NCBI GenBank assembly: GCA_963806225.1
Contig: CAWDXG010000004.1
Coordinates: 608,001 to 672,000, forward strand
Direction of reading: 5' to 3'
Origin: an uncultured delta proteobacterium
GTDB lineage: Bacteria > Myxococcota_A > Polyangia > Polyangiales > Polyangiaceae
DNA: 64,000 bases
Shown here: positions 19,560 to 29,737 of the stretch, piece by piece
Layout of the letters: each line of letters starts with the position of its first letter
How positions within the stretch are numbered: position 1 is the stretch's first letter
Notes under the pieces: model-generated
Told to the model about the DNA's origin: nothing
Seen by the model: the letters and a program-made list of their open reading frames with translations, nothing else
Databases searched by the model: none
Position numbers and translations under genes: made by a program

Positions 19560-20306
19560 ATGGCGAAAAACACAAAGAAGTCCAAGGGCAAGCCTGCGGC
19601 GTCGGCGCGGACGCGGAAGACTGCCCAGAGCCCCCGCAAGGCCAAGGCAGGTCCGGCACGCAGCGCCAAGGCAACGCCCAAGCGCGCTCCAGGCCCGAAG
19701 CGCCCCACCCCGAAGCGGCCGAAGAAGCCCCGGAAGAAGGCCGAGAAGGCGCGCCGCAAGCCCGCGGCCAAGGCGTCCTCGAAGTCGAAGCGACGGCTGG
19801 GGCTGCGCGGCGCGGCTCCGTGGGCCGCCCGGCACGCTGCCAAGCACGCTGCCGAAGCAGAGGCCCGCAATGCCGAACCGCCGCGGCCGGGAAGCGCGCG
19901 CGCCACGCTGCGCGCGCCGGCCGGCGCAGAGGAGCTGAAGACGCAAGTCGCCGAGCTGCACCACGCGGTGGAGCACATCCACTCGCTGCGCCGGAACCTC
20001 GCCGCCACCTTTTTCGAAGTCGCGCTGGAGCTGCAGCATGTGCGGGAGCTGAGGCTCTACGAGGCGAAGGGCTACTCTTCCTTCGAGAGCTTCGCCGATA
20101 GGGAGCTCGAGCTCGGCAAGGTCGTCGCCCTGAAGCTGGCGCGCGTGCCGGATGTGTTCCGGGAACAGGCCGCGCGGAGCTACGGCATGGATGCGGTGCT
20201 CGCCGCCCTGGGAACGCTCGACGACAACGGCGGCGGTCCGCAAGGAGCCCCCGGGCCGCCGAGCCCGCCGGCGCACCCGCTGAAACCGCCGAGCGGCGGC
20301 CGTTGA
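19560..20306 (+). CDS. histone H1-like Lys/Arg/Ala/Pro-rich protein with C-terminal helical domain
   Basis: Very basic N-terminus of about 85 aa; C-terminal LYEAKGYSSFESFADRELEL segment. Confidence 0.65.
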   Translation: MAKNTKKSKGKPAASARTRKTAQSPRKAKAGPARSAKATPKRAPGPKRPTPKRPKKPRKKAEKARRKPAAKASSKSKRRLGLRGAAPWAARHAAKHAAEAEARNAEPPRPGSARATLRAPAGAEELKTQVAELHHAVEHIHSLRRNLAATFFEVALELQHVRELRLYEAKGYSSFESFADRELELGKVVALKLARVPDVFREQAARSYGMDAVLAALGTLDDNGGGPQGAPGPPSPPAHPLKPPSGGR

Positions 20307-21476
<1,170 letters not shown>

Positions 21477-21518
21477 TTCAACGAGCGCAGCGCTGCGGCG
21501 TTGCCCGCGCCCGGAACG

Positions 21519-22526
21519 TCAGTGGCACGACGCGCCGTTGGGTCCGCACACCGCACCGGACGCCGGAATGCTGTCGAGCACCTCGAGCGGCGGCACATAC
21601 ATGGTCCCGGCAGGGACTCCGAGTGCTTGCGCCTTGTCCGCCGGAACGACCAGCTGGTAGCCGCCCGCGACGGGATTGAACTGGGCCGGCGCGGCGCCTG
21701 GGGCCGGGGCCGGGCCCGGCGCCGGCGCGGGACCGCCGCCACCACCCGGCGTGCCTCCGCCGATGGCGCCGACGCACTGCTGCCCGCAGTTCGACGACAC
21801 GCACAGGAACGCCTGCAGGGCCTGACCCGCCGCGCCGAAATCACCGTTGAAGCAGCCCAGCACGCAAGCGAAATTCAGCCCGCCGCCACCACCCAGACAG
21901 CTGGAGAGGGCGCACACGACGCCGCTCGCACAGTTCGGATTGTTGTAGCAGGCGTTCACCTGGCTGTTGCAGGACTTGTCGGCGCACTGCACGCAGTTGC
22001 CGATCGGACCGCTGTCCGGGAACGGGAAGGCGTCGAAGAAGTTGCCACCGTCGGTCGGTCCGCCGGCGCTGCCGCCGAAGCCGCTGCCGCCGAAGCCGCT
22101 GCCGCCGAAGCCGCTGCCGCCGAAGCCGCTGCCGCCGAAGCCGCTGCCGCCGAAGCCCGTACCGCCCGTGCCGCCGAAGCCCGTACCGCCAAAGCCGCTG
22201 CCGCCAAAGCCGCTGCCGCCAAAGCCGCTGCCGCCAAAGCCGCTGCCGCCAAAGCCGCTGCCGCCAAAGCCGCTGCCGCCAAAGCCGCTGCCGCCAACGC
22301 CGCTGCCGCCAATGCCCGTGCCGCCGAAGCCGCTGCCTCCCGTCGCGCCCACGCCACCGAAGCCCGCCACGGCCCCGGAACCGCCCGCACCGGCAACCCC
22401 CGCGTCCACGCCGGCCGTGCCGCCGTCGAACGGGACATACTGGTCTTCGAATCCGGACCGGCTGCAGGCCACCGCCAGGCCCACACCGACCACCACCAGG
22501 CCCAGGAAGCGCGCACGATAAAGCAT
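21519..22526 (-). CDS. lipoprotein with GGSGF repeat linker and 12-Cys domain
   Basis: ATG 22526; lipobox LAVA-C; Gly-rich repeat followed by a CxxC..C-rich domain. Confidence 0.8.
   Translation of the reverse strand: MLYRARFLGLVVVGVGLAVACSRSGFEDQYVPFDGGTAGVDAGVAGAGGSGAVAGFGGVGATGGSGFGGTGIGGSGVGGSGFGGSGFGGSGFGGSGFGGSGFGGSGFGGSGFGGTGFGGTGGTGFGGSGFGGSGFGGSGFGGSGFGGSGFGGSAGGPTDGGNFFDAFPFPDSGPIGNCVQCADKSCNSQVNACYNNPNCASGVVCALSSCLGGGGGLNFACVLGCFNGDFGAAGQALQAFLCVSSNCGQQCVGAIGGGTPGGGGGPAPAPGPAPAPGAAPAQFNPVAGGYQLVVPADKAQALGVPAGTMYVPPLEVLDSIPASGAVCGPNGASCH
22068..22340. repeat. 15-bp coding tandem repeat (GG[ST]G[FIV] pentapeptides)
   Basis: 7 exact copies of AAAGCCGCTGCCGCC (22191-22295), 5 exact copies of GAAGCCGCTGCCGCC (22077-22151), plus variants. 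Confidence 0.95.
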
Positions 22527-22612
22527 GGTCCGGAGGCTACCTCCATGACCCGCGAAGCGCACATATCGTGCAGGGCAGCGGGTGACTTCCGGCCCGCGAG
22601 CCCCAACCGGCC

Positions 22613-24127
22613 TCAGCCGGCGTCTAGATCCTCGAACGGATCGGCTTCGTCGAACTCGTACTCCGAGGGCGCCAGGTTGTCGAAGCGCGTGAACTCGGAG
22701 GTGAAGCGCGTCAGCACCTTGCCGGTCGGGCCGTTGCGCTGTTTGGAGATGATCACCTCGGCGACGCCTTTGTCCGGGCTGTCCTGGAAGTAGTACTCGT
22801 CCCGGTAGATGAACATGATGGTGTCGGCATCCTGCTCGATTGCGCCGGACTCGCGAAGATCGCTCAGCTGCGGACGTTTGTCCTTGGTCGTGCGCGTCTC
22901 CACGGAACGGTTGAGCTGGCTCAGCGCGATGACCGACACTCCCATTTCCTTGGCGAGCTGTTTCAGTCCGCGCGACAGCTCGCTGATTTCCTGCTCGCGG
23001 CTGCCCGCGTCGCGACGCCCTTGCATCAGCTGCAGATAGTCCACCACGACCAACCCCAGCTTCTTCGCCGGGACCGCGTCGTTTGCACCGCGCCCGATGT
23101 CCGCCTGCAGGCGCCGGATCTTCGCACGCAGAGCGAGCAGCGTGATGGCCGGCGTGTCGTCGAGCCACAGAGGCAGACGCCCGAGATTCGCGGCCGCTTC
23201 GGTGAGCTTGTTCCAGTCGTCGCGCCGGATATCCCCGCTGCGGATGCGCGAGACGTCGACCCGCGCCTCGCACGCGAGCAGACGCGATGCCAACTGCTCA
23301 CGCGGCATCTCCAGCGAGAAGAACGCCACGCCGAAGCCCGGCTCGTCCACCGGCGGCTCGGCATAGGGGTCGCTGTCGGCGACAGCCGGCGCTTCGCGAG
23401 GACGTGCGACGTTGACTGCAAGGTTCAGGACGAAGGCCGTCTTGCCCATGCCGGGGCGACCCGCAACGATGTAGAGATCGCCGGGGTGCAGTCCCGAGAT
23501 CTTGCGGTCGAGCAGCGTGAAACCGGTCGAGATACCCGAGATGCCACCTCCCTGCTTGGCAGCGGCACTGATGATCTCGAACGCGCCGTGGATGGCGTCC
23601 TTGACGGGACGCATGCTGGTGCCTTCGGGGACGCGCGCGATGTCGAACACCGCCTGCTCGGCATCGTCGATGAAGCCCTGCACCTCGCCGCAGTCGCCGT
23701 AGCCCTCCGCAGCGAAACGCTGACAGGTCGCGATGAGCTGTCTCAGCCGCCACTTCTCACGGATCGTGCTGGCGTGCGCTTCGACGTGGGCCACCGCCGG
23801 CGTCGCGTCGGCAAGCTGCGCCATGTACGGCGTGCCGCCAACCTGCTGCAACCGCTCACGGTCCCTGAGCCACCCCGCCACCGAGACGATGTCCACCGGC
23901 CGCCCTGCACTCGAGAGGTCGACCATCGCCTCGTAGATGCGGCGATTGGCGTCCGAGTAGAAGTGCTCTGGCGAGAGGATGCTCTGGACCGCGTCGAACG
24001 CTTCGCCCGACAGGAGTACGGCGCTCAGCACCGCCGCCTCGGCATCGAGATCACTGGGCGGCACCCTTCCGCCCGCCGGCGCGAGCTCCACGGGCTGGTT
24101 CCTGTGCTGGTGCTCACCCGCAAACAT
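22613..24127 (-). CDS. dnaB: replicative DNA helicase
   Basis: PPSDLDAEAAVL, AGRPGMGKT, FSLEM, VDYLQLM, LSQLNR, DLRESGAIEQDAD and KQRNGPTG; start moved to ATG 24127; no intein. Confidence 0.97.
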   Translation of the reverse strand: MFAGEHQHRNQPVELAPAGGRVPPSDLDAEAAVLSAVLLSGEAFDAVQSILSPEHFYSDANRRIYEAMVDLSSAGRPVDIVSVAGWLRDRERLQQVGGTPYMAQLADATPAVAHVEAHASTIREKWRLRQLIATCQRFAAEGYGDCGEVQGFIDDAEQAVFDIARVPEGTSMRPVKDAIHGAFEIISAAAKQGGGISGISTGFTLLDRKISGLHPGDLYIVAGRPGMGKTAFVLNLAVNVARPREAPAVADSDPYAEPPVDEPGFGVAFFSLEMPREQLASRLLACEARVDVSRIRSGDIRRDDWNKLTEAAANLGRLPLWLDDTPAITLLALRAKIRRLQADIGRGANDAVPAKKLGLVVVDYLQLMQGRRDAGSREQEISELSRGLKQLAKEMGVSVIALSQLNRSVETRTTKDKRPQLSDLRESGAIEQDADTIMFIYRDEYYFQDSPDKGVAEVIISKQRNGPTGKVLTRFTSEFTRFDNLAPSEYEFDEADPFEDLDAG

Positions 24128-24328
24128 GCTCGACCTCGCTACTTTCTGCCGCGCTCCGCGCCCTGGCGCCAGGACAGATCCTGTCAGGGGCGGACCCGCG
24201 CGCGGAACGCCCATTGCATGGAAACCCGAGCCGTCCACCGATTTCCCAGAACCGCTCCACGACTTGTCCCCAGCCTTCCAAATGCACGACACCCCGGCGA
24301 CCTGGACGGGCACCGGGGTGTCTCGCTC

Positions 24329-24358
24329 ATCTGTCTCCCGAGCTGGCCCGCCTGTCAA
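24329..24358 (-). promoter_or_regulatory. possible sigma70-type promoter upstream of dnaB
   Basis: Exact TTGACA on the minus strand (24353-24358); the -10 element is poor. Confidence 0.3.
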
Positions 24359-24383
24359 GCGCGGGACGCGGGGACAGCTCCTG

Positions 24384-24842
24384 TCAGCTCTTCTTGATGA
24401 CCTCGACGCGGAGTGACGCCTTCACCTCGGCGTGCAGGCGGATCGTCACCTCGCTCAGACCCAGCTGCTTTATCGGCTCGCTGAGCTCGAGCTTCCGCCG
24501 GTCGATCTCGAGGCCCTGTGCGGCAAAGGCCGCCTCGATGTCCTTGGCGGTCACCGAGCCGTACATCTTGTTTTCCTCGCCGACGGCACGCTCGATCTTC
24601 ACGGCGTTGTTCTCGAGCTTGGCCGCGAACTTCTTCGCTTCATCGAGCGCAGCATGGGCTCGTTCGGCCGCGATACGCTTGAGCTCGCCGATGCGTGCAA
24701 GGTTGTTCTCGGTAGCCGGGGCGGCCAGGCCGCGCGGGATGAGGAAGTTCCGGGCATAGCCGGGTCTCACCCGCACCACGTCGCCGCTGGTGCCGAGGTT
24801 GTCGACGTCCTCCTGCAGGACAACTCGAATGGCGGTCGCCAT
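24384..24842 (-). CDS. rplI: 50S ribosomal protein L9
   Basis: VVLQEDVDNLG..GDVVRVRPGYARNFLIP and MYGSVT; start moved to ATG 24842. Confidence 0.97.
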   Translation of the reverse strand: MATAIRVVLQEDVDNLGTSGDVVRVRPGYARNFLIPRGLAAPATENNLARIGELKRIAAERAHAALDEAKKFAAKLENNAVKIERAVGEENKMYGSVTAKDIEAAFAAQGLEIDRRKLELSEPIKQLGLSEVTIRLHAEVKASLRVEVIKKS

Positions 24843-24852
24843 GGGTGATCTC

Positions 24853-25143
24853 CTATTCGTTGGCCGTGAACGGCAGAAGCGCGATGCTGCGCGCGCGCTT
24901 GATGGCCACGGTGATGGCACGCTGGTGCTTGGCACAGCTGCCCGAGATTCGGCGCGGCACGATCTTGCCGCGGTCGGTGATGAAATAGCGCAGGGCCTGC
25001 GGGTCCTTGTAGTCGATGGTCAGCGCCTCATCGGCGCAGAAGCCGCAGCCGCGGCGACGGTTGCGCCGGAACGAGCCACCTTCCTGGTCACGATCGCGAT
25101 CGCGATCGCGATCGCGATCACGCGGGCGTCCGCTGTCCTTCAT
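24853..25143 (-). CDS. rpsR: 30S ribosomal protein S18 (Zn-binding type)
   Basis: [34 protein letters not shown] 25143 overlaps the rpsF stop. Confidence 0.97.
   Translation of the reverse strand: MKDSGRPRDRDRDRDRDRDQEGGSFRRNRRRGCGFCADEALTIDYKDPQALRYFITDRGKIVPRRISGSCAKHQRAITVAIKRARSIALLPFTANE
25091..25120. repeat. tandem palindromic hexamer (CGATCG)n encoding Arg-Asp repeats in S18
   Basis: (CGATCG)x4 followed by CGATCA, read directly from the sequence. Confidence 0.85.
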
Positions 25144-25760
25144 TCTTCCTCCTCCGTGCTCTCCTCCGTGGAGGCTTCGCTCTTCTTCTCGGTCGGGGCT
25201 TCGGCCTGCTTCTCGGTCGAGGCTTCGGCCTGCTTCTCGGTCGAGGCTTCGGCCTTCTTTTCCTTGTCGCCGGCGCCTTCGCCACGGGCGGGTTCGGCCG
25301 CGTGCTGCTCCTTCGCGGGAGGCGGCGCCTCCTCCAGGCCCAGGCTTCGCTCGAGCGACTCCTCGACCTCGTCCTCGGGGGGCGGCTCGATATCGGCGAA
25401 CTGCACCAACTCGGGGTCGATCTCCAGTGCCGCAACGTCGACCTCGCCTCCGACCACGACGGTCTGGAACTTGATCACCTCGTCCAGCATCCGGAGGTTG
25501 CGTTCCAGCTCGGACACGAGACCGCCGCCGGACACGTACTGCACGTACACGTACACGCCGCGCTTGAACTTCTTGACCGGGTACGCAAGCTGACGGCGAC
25601 CCCACGTCTCGACGAGCGTGAGCTTGCCGCCTTCGCGCTCGACCACTTCCTGGACGCGGTGGGAGACCTTGGCAGCAGCCTCCTGCGCCACGTCGGGGCG
25701 CATCACGTAGATGGTTTCGTAGGCGCGCGGGGGATGTACCCCCAGCTGGGTTTCGGGCAT
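25140..25760 (-). CDS. rpsF: 30S ribosomal protein S6 with long acidic C-terminal tail
   Basis: [22 protein letters not shown] and ELERNLR. Confidence 0.96.
   Translation of the reverse strand: MPETQLGVHPPRAYETIYVMRPDVAQEAAAKVSHRVQEVVEREGGKLTLVETWGRRQLAYPVKKFKRGVYVYVQYVSGGGLVSELERNLRMLDEVIKFQTVVVGGEVDVAALEIDPELVQFADIEPPPEDEVEESLERSLGLEEAPPPAKEQHAAEPARGEGAGDKEKKAEASTEKQAEASTEKQAEAPTEKKSEASTEESTEEEE
25173..25254. repeat. 24-bp coding tandem repeat (AEASTEKQ) in the S6 tail
   Basis: GGCTTCGGCCTGCTTCTCGGTCGA at 25197-25220 and 25221-25244, with degenerate flanking copies. Confidence 0.85.
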
Positions 25761-25813
25761 CTGGTTCTCCTTGTGGGCGTTTGGCCCCGGGCGTCACCCG
25801 GAGCAAGGAGCGA

Positions 25814-26389
25814 TCAACGTTTCGCTCGTTGATTGGTGACGTTCATCGCCGCCGCGATACCGCGTTCGACGACTTCAGCCACCACATCCGCCGCGCGGTC
25901 GACCACCTCATCGAGGTCGGCCCGCTCCGCGGAGGCGAAGGCTTGTAGCACATAATCGGCCGTGTCACCCCGGAACCCGGCGGGGGGACGGCCGATTCCA
26001 ACCCGGAGGCGCATGTACTCCGGCGTCCCGAGGTGACTGGTAATGGACTTGAGACCGTTGTGGCCCGCGTCCCCGCCCCCCTGCTTCAGGCGGATCTGGC
26101 CGAAAGGCAGGTCCAGCTCGTCGTGGACGACCAGCACGTCGGCGGGTGGCACCTTGAAGAACGTGGTGGCGGGCCGGACGCTGCCGCCCGATTCGTTCAT
26201 GTAGGTGTGCGGCTCGAGCACCGCTACGCGCCGCGAGCCAAGCTCGATCTGTGCGAAACGACCCCGGAATTTCTCGCGCCACAGGCCCGCCGCACGACCG
26301 ACGACCCGCTCGGCCACCATGAACCCGACGTTGTGACGGGTCTCCTCGTAGCGCCTGCCCGGGTTGCCCAGGCCGACGACCAGGATCAC
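25814..26389 (-). CDS. pth: peptidyl-tRNA hydrolase
   Basis: GLGNPG..Y..TRHNVGF, TYMNESG, HDELDL and GHNGLKS. Confidence 0.97.
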   Translation of the reverse strand: MILVVGLGNPGRRYEETRHNVGFMVAERVVGRAAGLWREKFRGRFAQIELGSRRVAVLEPHTYMNESGGSVRPATTFFKVPPADVLVVHDELDLPFGQIRLKQGGGDAGHNGLKSITSHLGTPEYMRLRVGIGRPPAGFRGDTADYVLQAFASAERADLDEVVDRAADVVAEVVERGIAAAMNVTNQRAKR

Positions 26390-27045
26390 GTCTTGGCTTC
26401 AGGCGTCTCGCCAGCCGGCGCCTGAGGTGCGCCAGCTTCGGTCGGGGCCGCCTCGGTTGCCGCCGCCGCCTCTTCTTCCTCGGCGCGCTTCGTCTCGGTC
26501 ACCACCGCGGCCACGGTCCGGCTCTCGTCCAGGCGCACGGTGACTCCCTCGGGCAGCGCCAGGTCGCGGACCGCAACGTGGCCGTCGAGCTCGAGCTCGG
26601 TGACATCGTGCTCGATCTTCACCGGGATCTGCTCGGGCAGGCAGCGGATCGGCAGCTTGCGGTACACCTGCCGGAGTACGCCGCCGACCACCACGCCCTT
26701 GGCCTTGCCGGTGAGAACGAACGGCACGTCCACCTCGACCGGGCGATCGAGATGGATCTGGAGGAAGTCCGCGTGCAGGAATTCCCGGGAAACGGGGTGG
26801 TACTGGTAGTCCGCCAGCAGCACCGTCCGCCTGCCTTCGCCTTCGACCTCGAGCTCTATCACCGAGTTGCGGCCGTGCTCGCTCTTGAGCACGCCGAGCA
26901 GGTCCTTCGGCAAGACCGCCAACGACTCGGCCGGCATCTCCTTGCCGTACGCCGTGGCGGGGATTCTCCCTTCGTGGCGCAGACGGCGCGCCGGACCTTT
27001 ACCGGATTCTGTGCGACGGATCGCGGGAACCTTGACGAGCTCCAT
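26386..27045 (-). CDS. rplY: 50S ribosomal protein L25/Ctc
   Basis: GKGPARRLR..GRIPA..YG, QYHPV..FLHADF and GVVVGG; located between prs and pth. Confidence 0.95.
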   Translation of the reverse strand: MELVKVPAIRRTESGKGPARRLRHEGRIPATAYGKEMPAESLAVLPKDLLGVLKSEHGRNSVIELEVEGEGRRTVLLADYQYHPVSREFLHADFLQIHLDRPVEVDVPFVLTGKAKGVVVGGVLRQVYRKLPIRCLPEQIPVKIEHDVTELELDGHVAVRDLALPEGVTVRLDESRTVAAVVTETKRAEEEEAAAATEAAPTEAGAPQAPAGETPEAKT

Positions 27046-27084
27046 GACTCACGTTCTCCTGGGGTTCGAGAGGGCCGGACCGGC

Positions 27085-28032
27085 TCACACGAACAGCGAG
27101 CTGACTGAATCGCTGTTGTGGATGCGCCGGATGGCCTCGCCGAGTAGCCTGCCGATAGACAGGAAACGGATCTTCTTGCAGGCTTTCGCCTCTTCGCTGG
27201 GAGGGATCGAGTTGGTCACCACGACCTCCTCGAGTGCAGACTCCTCGATGCGCTGCACCGCGGGTCCGCTGAGCACTCCGTGACTCGCACAGGCGACGAC
27301 ACGACGCGCCCCGCCGTCCATGACGGCCTGGGCTGCGTTGCACAGCGTGCCGGCCGTATCGATGATGTCGTCGACGATGATGCAGTCGCGGCCTTCCACA
27401 TCGCCGATGAGGTGCATGACCTCGCTGACGTTGGCGTGCTCGCGACGCTTGTCGATAATGGCGAGGCTCGCCCCAAGGCGCTTCGAATACGCGCGGGTGC
27501 GCTCGACGCCGCCGGCGTCCGGCGAGACGAAAACGGCATCCTCGCCGAAGCGCATCTTGAGGTAGTCGTCGAGGAACACCGGCAGCGCGTACAGGTGATC
27601 GAAGGGGATGTTGAAGAACCCCTGGATCTGGCCAGCATGCAGATCCACGCACAGGACGCGGCCCACTCCCGCTGCGACCAGCAGGTCGGCGACCAGCTTC
27701 GATGTGATGGGGGTGCGCGGAGCGACCTTCCGGTCCTGCCGCGCGTAGCCATAGTAGGGGATGACCGCGGTGATGGCCGCTGCCGACGCGCGCCGGAGCG
27801 CGTCGCACATGATGAGCAGCTCCATCAGGTTGTCGTTCACCGGGGAGGAGGTCGGCTGGATCACGTACGTGTCGAGACCGCGGACATTTTCGCGGATCTC
27901 GCAGAAAGTCTCGCCGTCACTGAAGCGCGAGACGCGTGCCTCACCCAACGGCGTGTCGAGGACCTTTGCGATCTCCAACGCCAGCTCGGGATTCGCGTTC
28001 CCGCTGAATAGGCAGACTCTCTTGACCGCCAC
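27085..28032 (-). CDS. prs: ribose-phosphate pyrophosphokinase
   Basis: [33 protein letters not shown] and [10 protein letters not shown]. Confidence 0.98.
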   Translation of the reverse strand: MAVKRVCLFSGNANPELALEIAKVLDTPLGEARVSRFSDGETFCEIRENVRGLDTYVIQPTSSPVNDNLMELLIMCDALRRASAAAITAVIPYYGYARQDRKVAPRTPITSKLVADLLVAAGVGRVLCVDLHAGQIQGFFNIPFDHLYALPVFLDDYLKMRFGEDAVFVSPDAGGVERTRAYSKRLGASLAIIDKRREHANVSEVMHLIGDVEGRDCIIVDDIIDTAGTLCNAAQAVMDGGARRVVACASHGVLSGPAVQRIEESALEEVVVTNSIPPSEEAKACKKIRFLSIGRLLGEAIRRIHNSDSVSSLFV

Positions 28033-28117
28033 GACTCGTCACCAACCTCCGGCACCTGGCCCCAACTCTGCGAAAGTACAGGAGACTTCTGCAGAACCGG
28101 GCCCGCGGCGCGCGCGA

Positions 28118-28146
28118 CAACTAGCAGCAGGACCGGCGCCTGTCAA
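28118..28146 (-). promoter_or_regulatory. possible sigma70-type promoter of the prs-rplY-pth operon
   Basis: TTGACA (28141-28146), 17-bp spacer, then TAGTTG preceded by TGC (extended -10-like). Confidence 0.35.
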
Positions 28147-28173
28147 CGCGGAGCGCAGGCCGGGACAGTCGAC

Positions 28174-29727
28174 CTAGCGGTAGGGGTTCGACATGTCGAC
28201 GGCGTCGTTCTTGTGTTTCGGCGGGCTGGCCGTCGCATTTGGCTGCGTGTGCACGACCGGCGCCGGCCGGGGGTGGAAATGGTGCACAGCCGGAGTGGCC
28301 GGCTTCTCGCTGCTGGCCGAAGCCCCGGGCTGGGCCCCCGCGTCGGCCTCGGCACTCCCGGCCGGCTTCGCGCTGTGAGCGGCTTCGACCGCGCTTGGCG
28401 GCACAGCCGGCGCGTGCTTGGCGGCGACGACCGCGGTGCTGGACGCGACCGGGCGGGAAGCCGTCGCGTCCTCTGTCCTCGCGGCCGACCGGAAAGCAAA
28501 GAAGATGGCGGCCCCACCCACCACTGCCAGCGCCACAACCAGACCGAGCACGAGCGGGGTCTTCGAGCGGTGGGGCTGGGCCGCAGGGGCGTAGCCGGTG
28601 GGGTAGCTCGCAACTCCCGACTGCGACTGCTCGGGCAGCGCCATCGCGGCTGCCGAGACGCTCGACGCGGGGCTGGCGCCGGGCTGGCTCGGAAGCCTTC
28701 CTTGCGCCATCGCGACCTGGCTCGGCTCGCTGCGCGCGAGCCAGGCGCGGACGGCCTCGCGGGCCTGGGAAATCTCGTTGCCGATCACCTCCGAGACGTA
28801 GGCAGCGACCTCGCGCGTGGCGGCGATCTCACCGGCCGTGATCGCGGCGCGCTCGAGGGCGTCCGCAAACTGCGCGCACGTCGCGAAGCGCTTTTGCGGA
28901 TCGCGCTCCAGCGCCTTCATGCACACGGCGGCGATCTGCGGGTTGATATCGGGAGCTATTGTGGTCAGAAGCGGAATGGGCTCGGAGATGACACGTGAGA
29001 GCGTCGCGGCTTCGTTCTCCGACTTGAACAGCCGGCGTGCGGCCAGGACCTCCCACAGCACAATGCCGGACGAGAACACGTCCGCTCGCCGATCAACGTC
29101 GGACTTTCCGGTCGCCTGCTCCGGTGCCATGTACGCGATCTTGCCCTTGAGCTGTCCGACCCGCGTCGCCGTCAGCCGCGTAGCGGCGCGCGCCACCCCG
29201 AAATCCGTGATCCGCGAGATGCCGTCGACGCCCACCAGCACGTTCTGCGGCGACACGTCGCGATGGACGAGCTCCGTCGGCTGACCCATGTCGTCCTTCA
29301 ACTCGTGCGCGCCGTGCAGCCCAGCGAGCATGTCGAGGATGACGCGGATGCCGATCTTGACCGGAAGCTTGTTGCCCGAGGAAGCAGCCCGCGCCAGAAG
29401 CCGCGCCAGCGTGTCACCCTCGATGTATTCCATCACGAGGTAGTAGCCACGGTCGCTGGCCCCGACCTCGAGGATGGGAACGACGTTCGGATGATGGATA
29501 CCGGCTGCGAGCCGCGCTTCGTCGAGGAACATCTCGACGAACTCGTTCTCGGCGGCCAGATGCGGATGCAGCCGCTTGATCGCGACGAAGCGCTGGAAGC
29601 CACCGACGCCCGACAGCCGCGCCAGGAACACGGTCGCCATTCCACCCGACGCGATCTCCGCGACGAGCTCGTAGCGGTCGATCCGCTGGCGCCCTTCGGG
29701 GCCGTCGATGAGCTTGGCGGCAACCAC
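28174..29727 (-). CDS. membrane-anchored Hanks-type serine/threonine protein kinase
   Basis: IASGGMATV, VAIK, HRDVSPQN, DFG and YMAPEQ; single TM helix and Ala/Pro-rich tail. Confidence 0.95.
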   Translation of the reverse strand: MVAAKLIDGPEGRQRIDRYELVAEIASGGMATVFLARLSGVGGFQRFVAIKRLHPHLAAENEFVEMFLDEARLAAGIHHPNVVPILEVGASDRGYYLVMEYIEGDTLARLLARAASSGNKLPVKIGIRVILDMLAGLHGAHELKDDMGQPTELVHRDVSPQNVLVGVDGISRITDFGVARAATRLTATRVGQLKGKIAYMAPEQATGKSDVDRRADVFSSGIVLWEVLAARRLFKSENEAATLSRVISEPIPLLTTIAPDINPQIAAVCMKALERDPQKRFATCAQFADALERAAITAGEIAATREVAAYVSEVIGNEISQAREAVRAWLARSEPSQVAMAQGRLPSQPGASPASSVSAAAMALPEQSQSGVASYPTGYAPAAQPHRSKTPLVLGLVVALAVVGGAAIFFAFRSAARTEDATASRPVASSTAVVAAKHAPAVPPSAVEAAHSAKPAGSAEADAGAQPGASASSEKPATPAVHHFHPRPAPVVHTQPNATASPPKHKNDAVDMSNPYR

Positions 29728-29737
29728 CTGTGCGGCC

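Noticed and set aside
22068..22340. Possible CRISPR array
   Set aside because: The 15-bp units are contiguous with no unique spacers, lie in frame within a lipoprotein gene, and no cas genes are nearby
21967..22521. Extensin-like (PPKPL)n ORF on the plus strand, and the poly-Ala/Lys and poly-Ala frames
   Set aside because: These are shadow translations of the GGSGF repeat; the minus frame has the lipobox and Cys domain
28033..28173. tRNA-Gln, often found upstream of prs
   Set aside because: No cloverleaf, TTCGA T-loop or CCA end is visible in this gap
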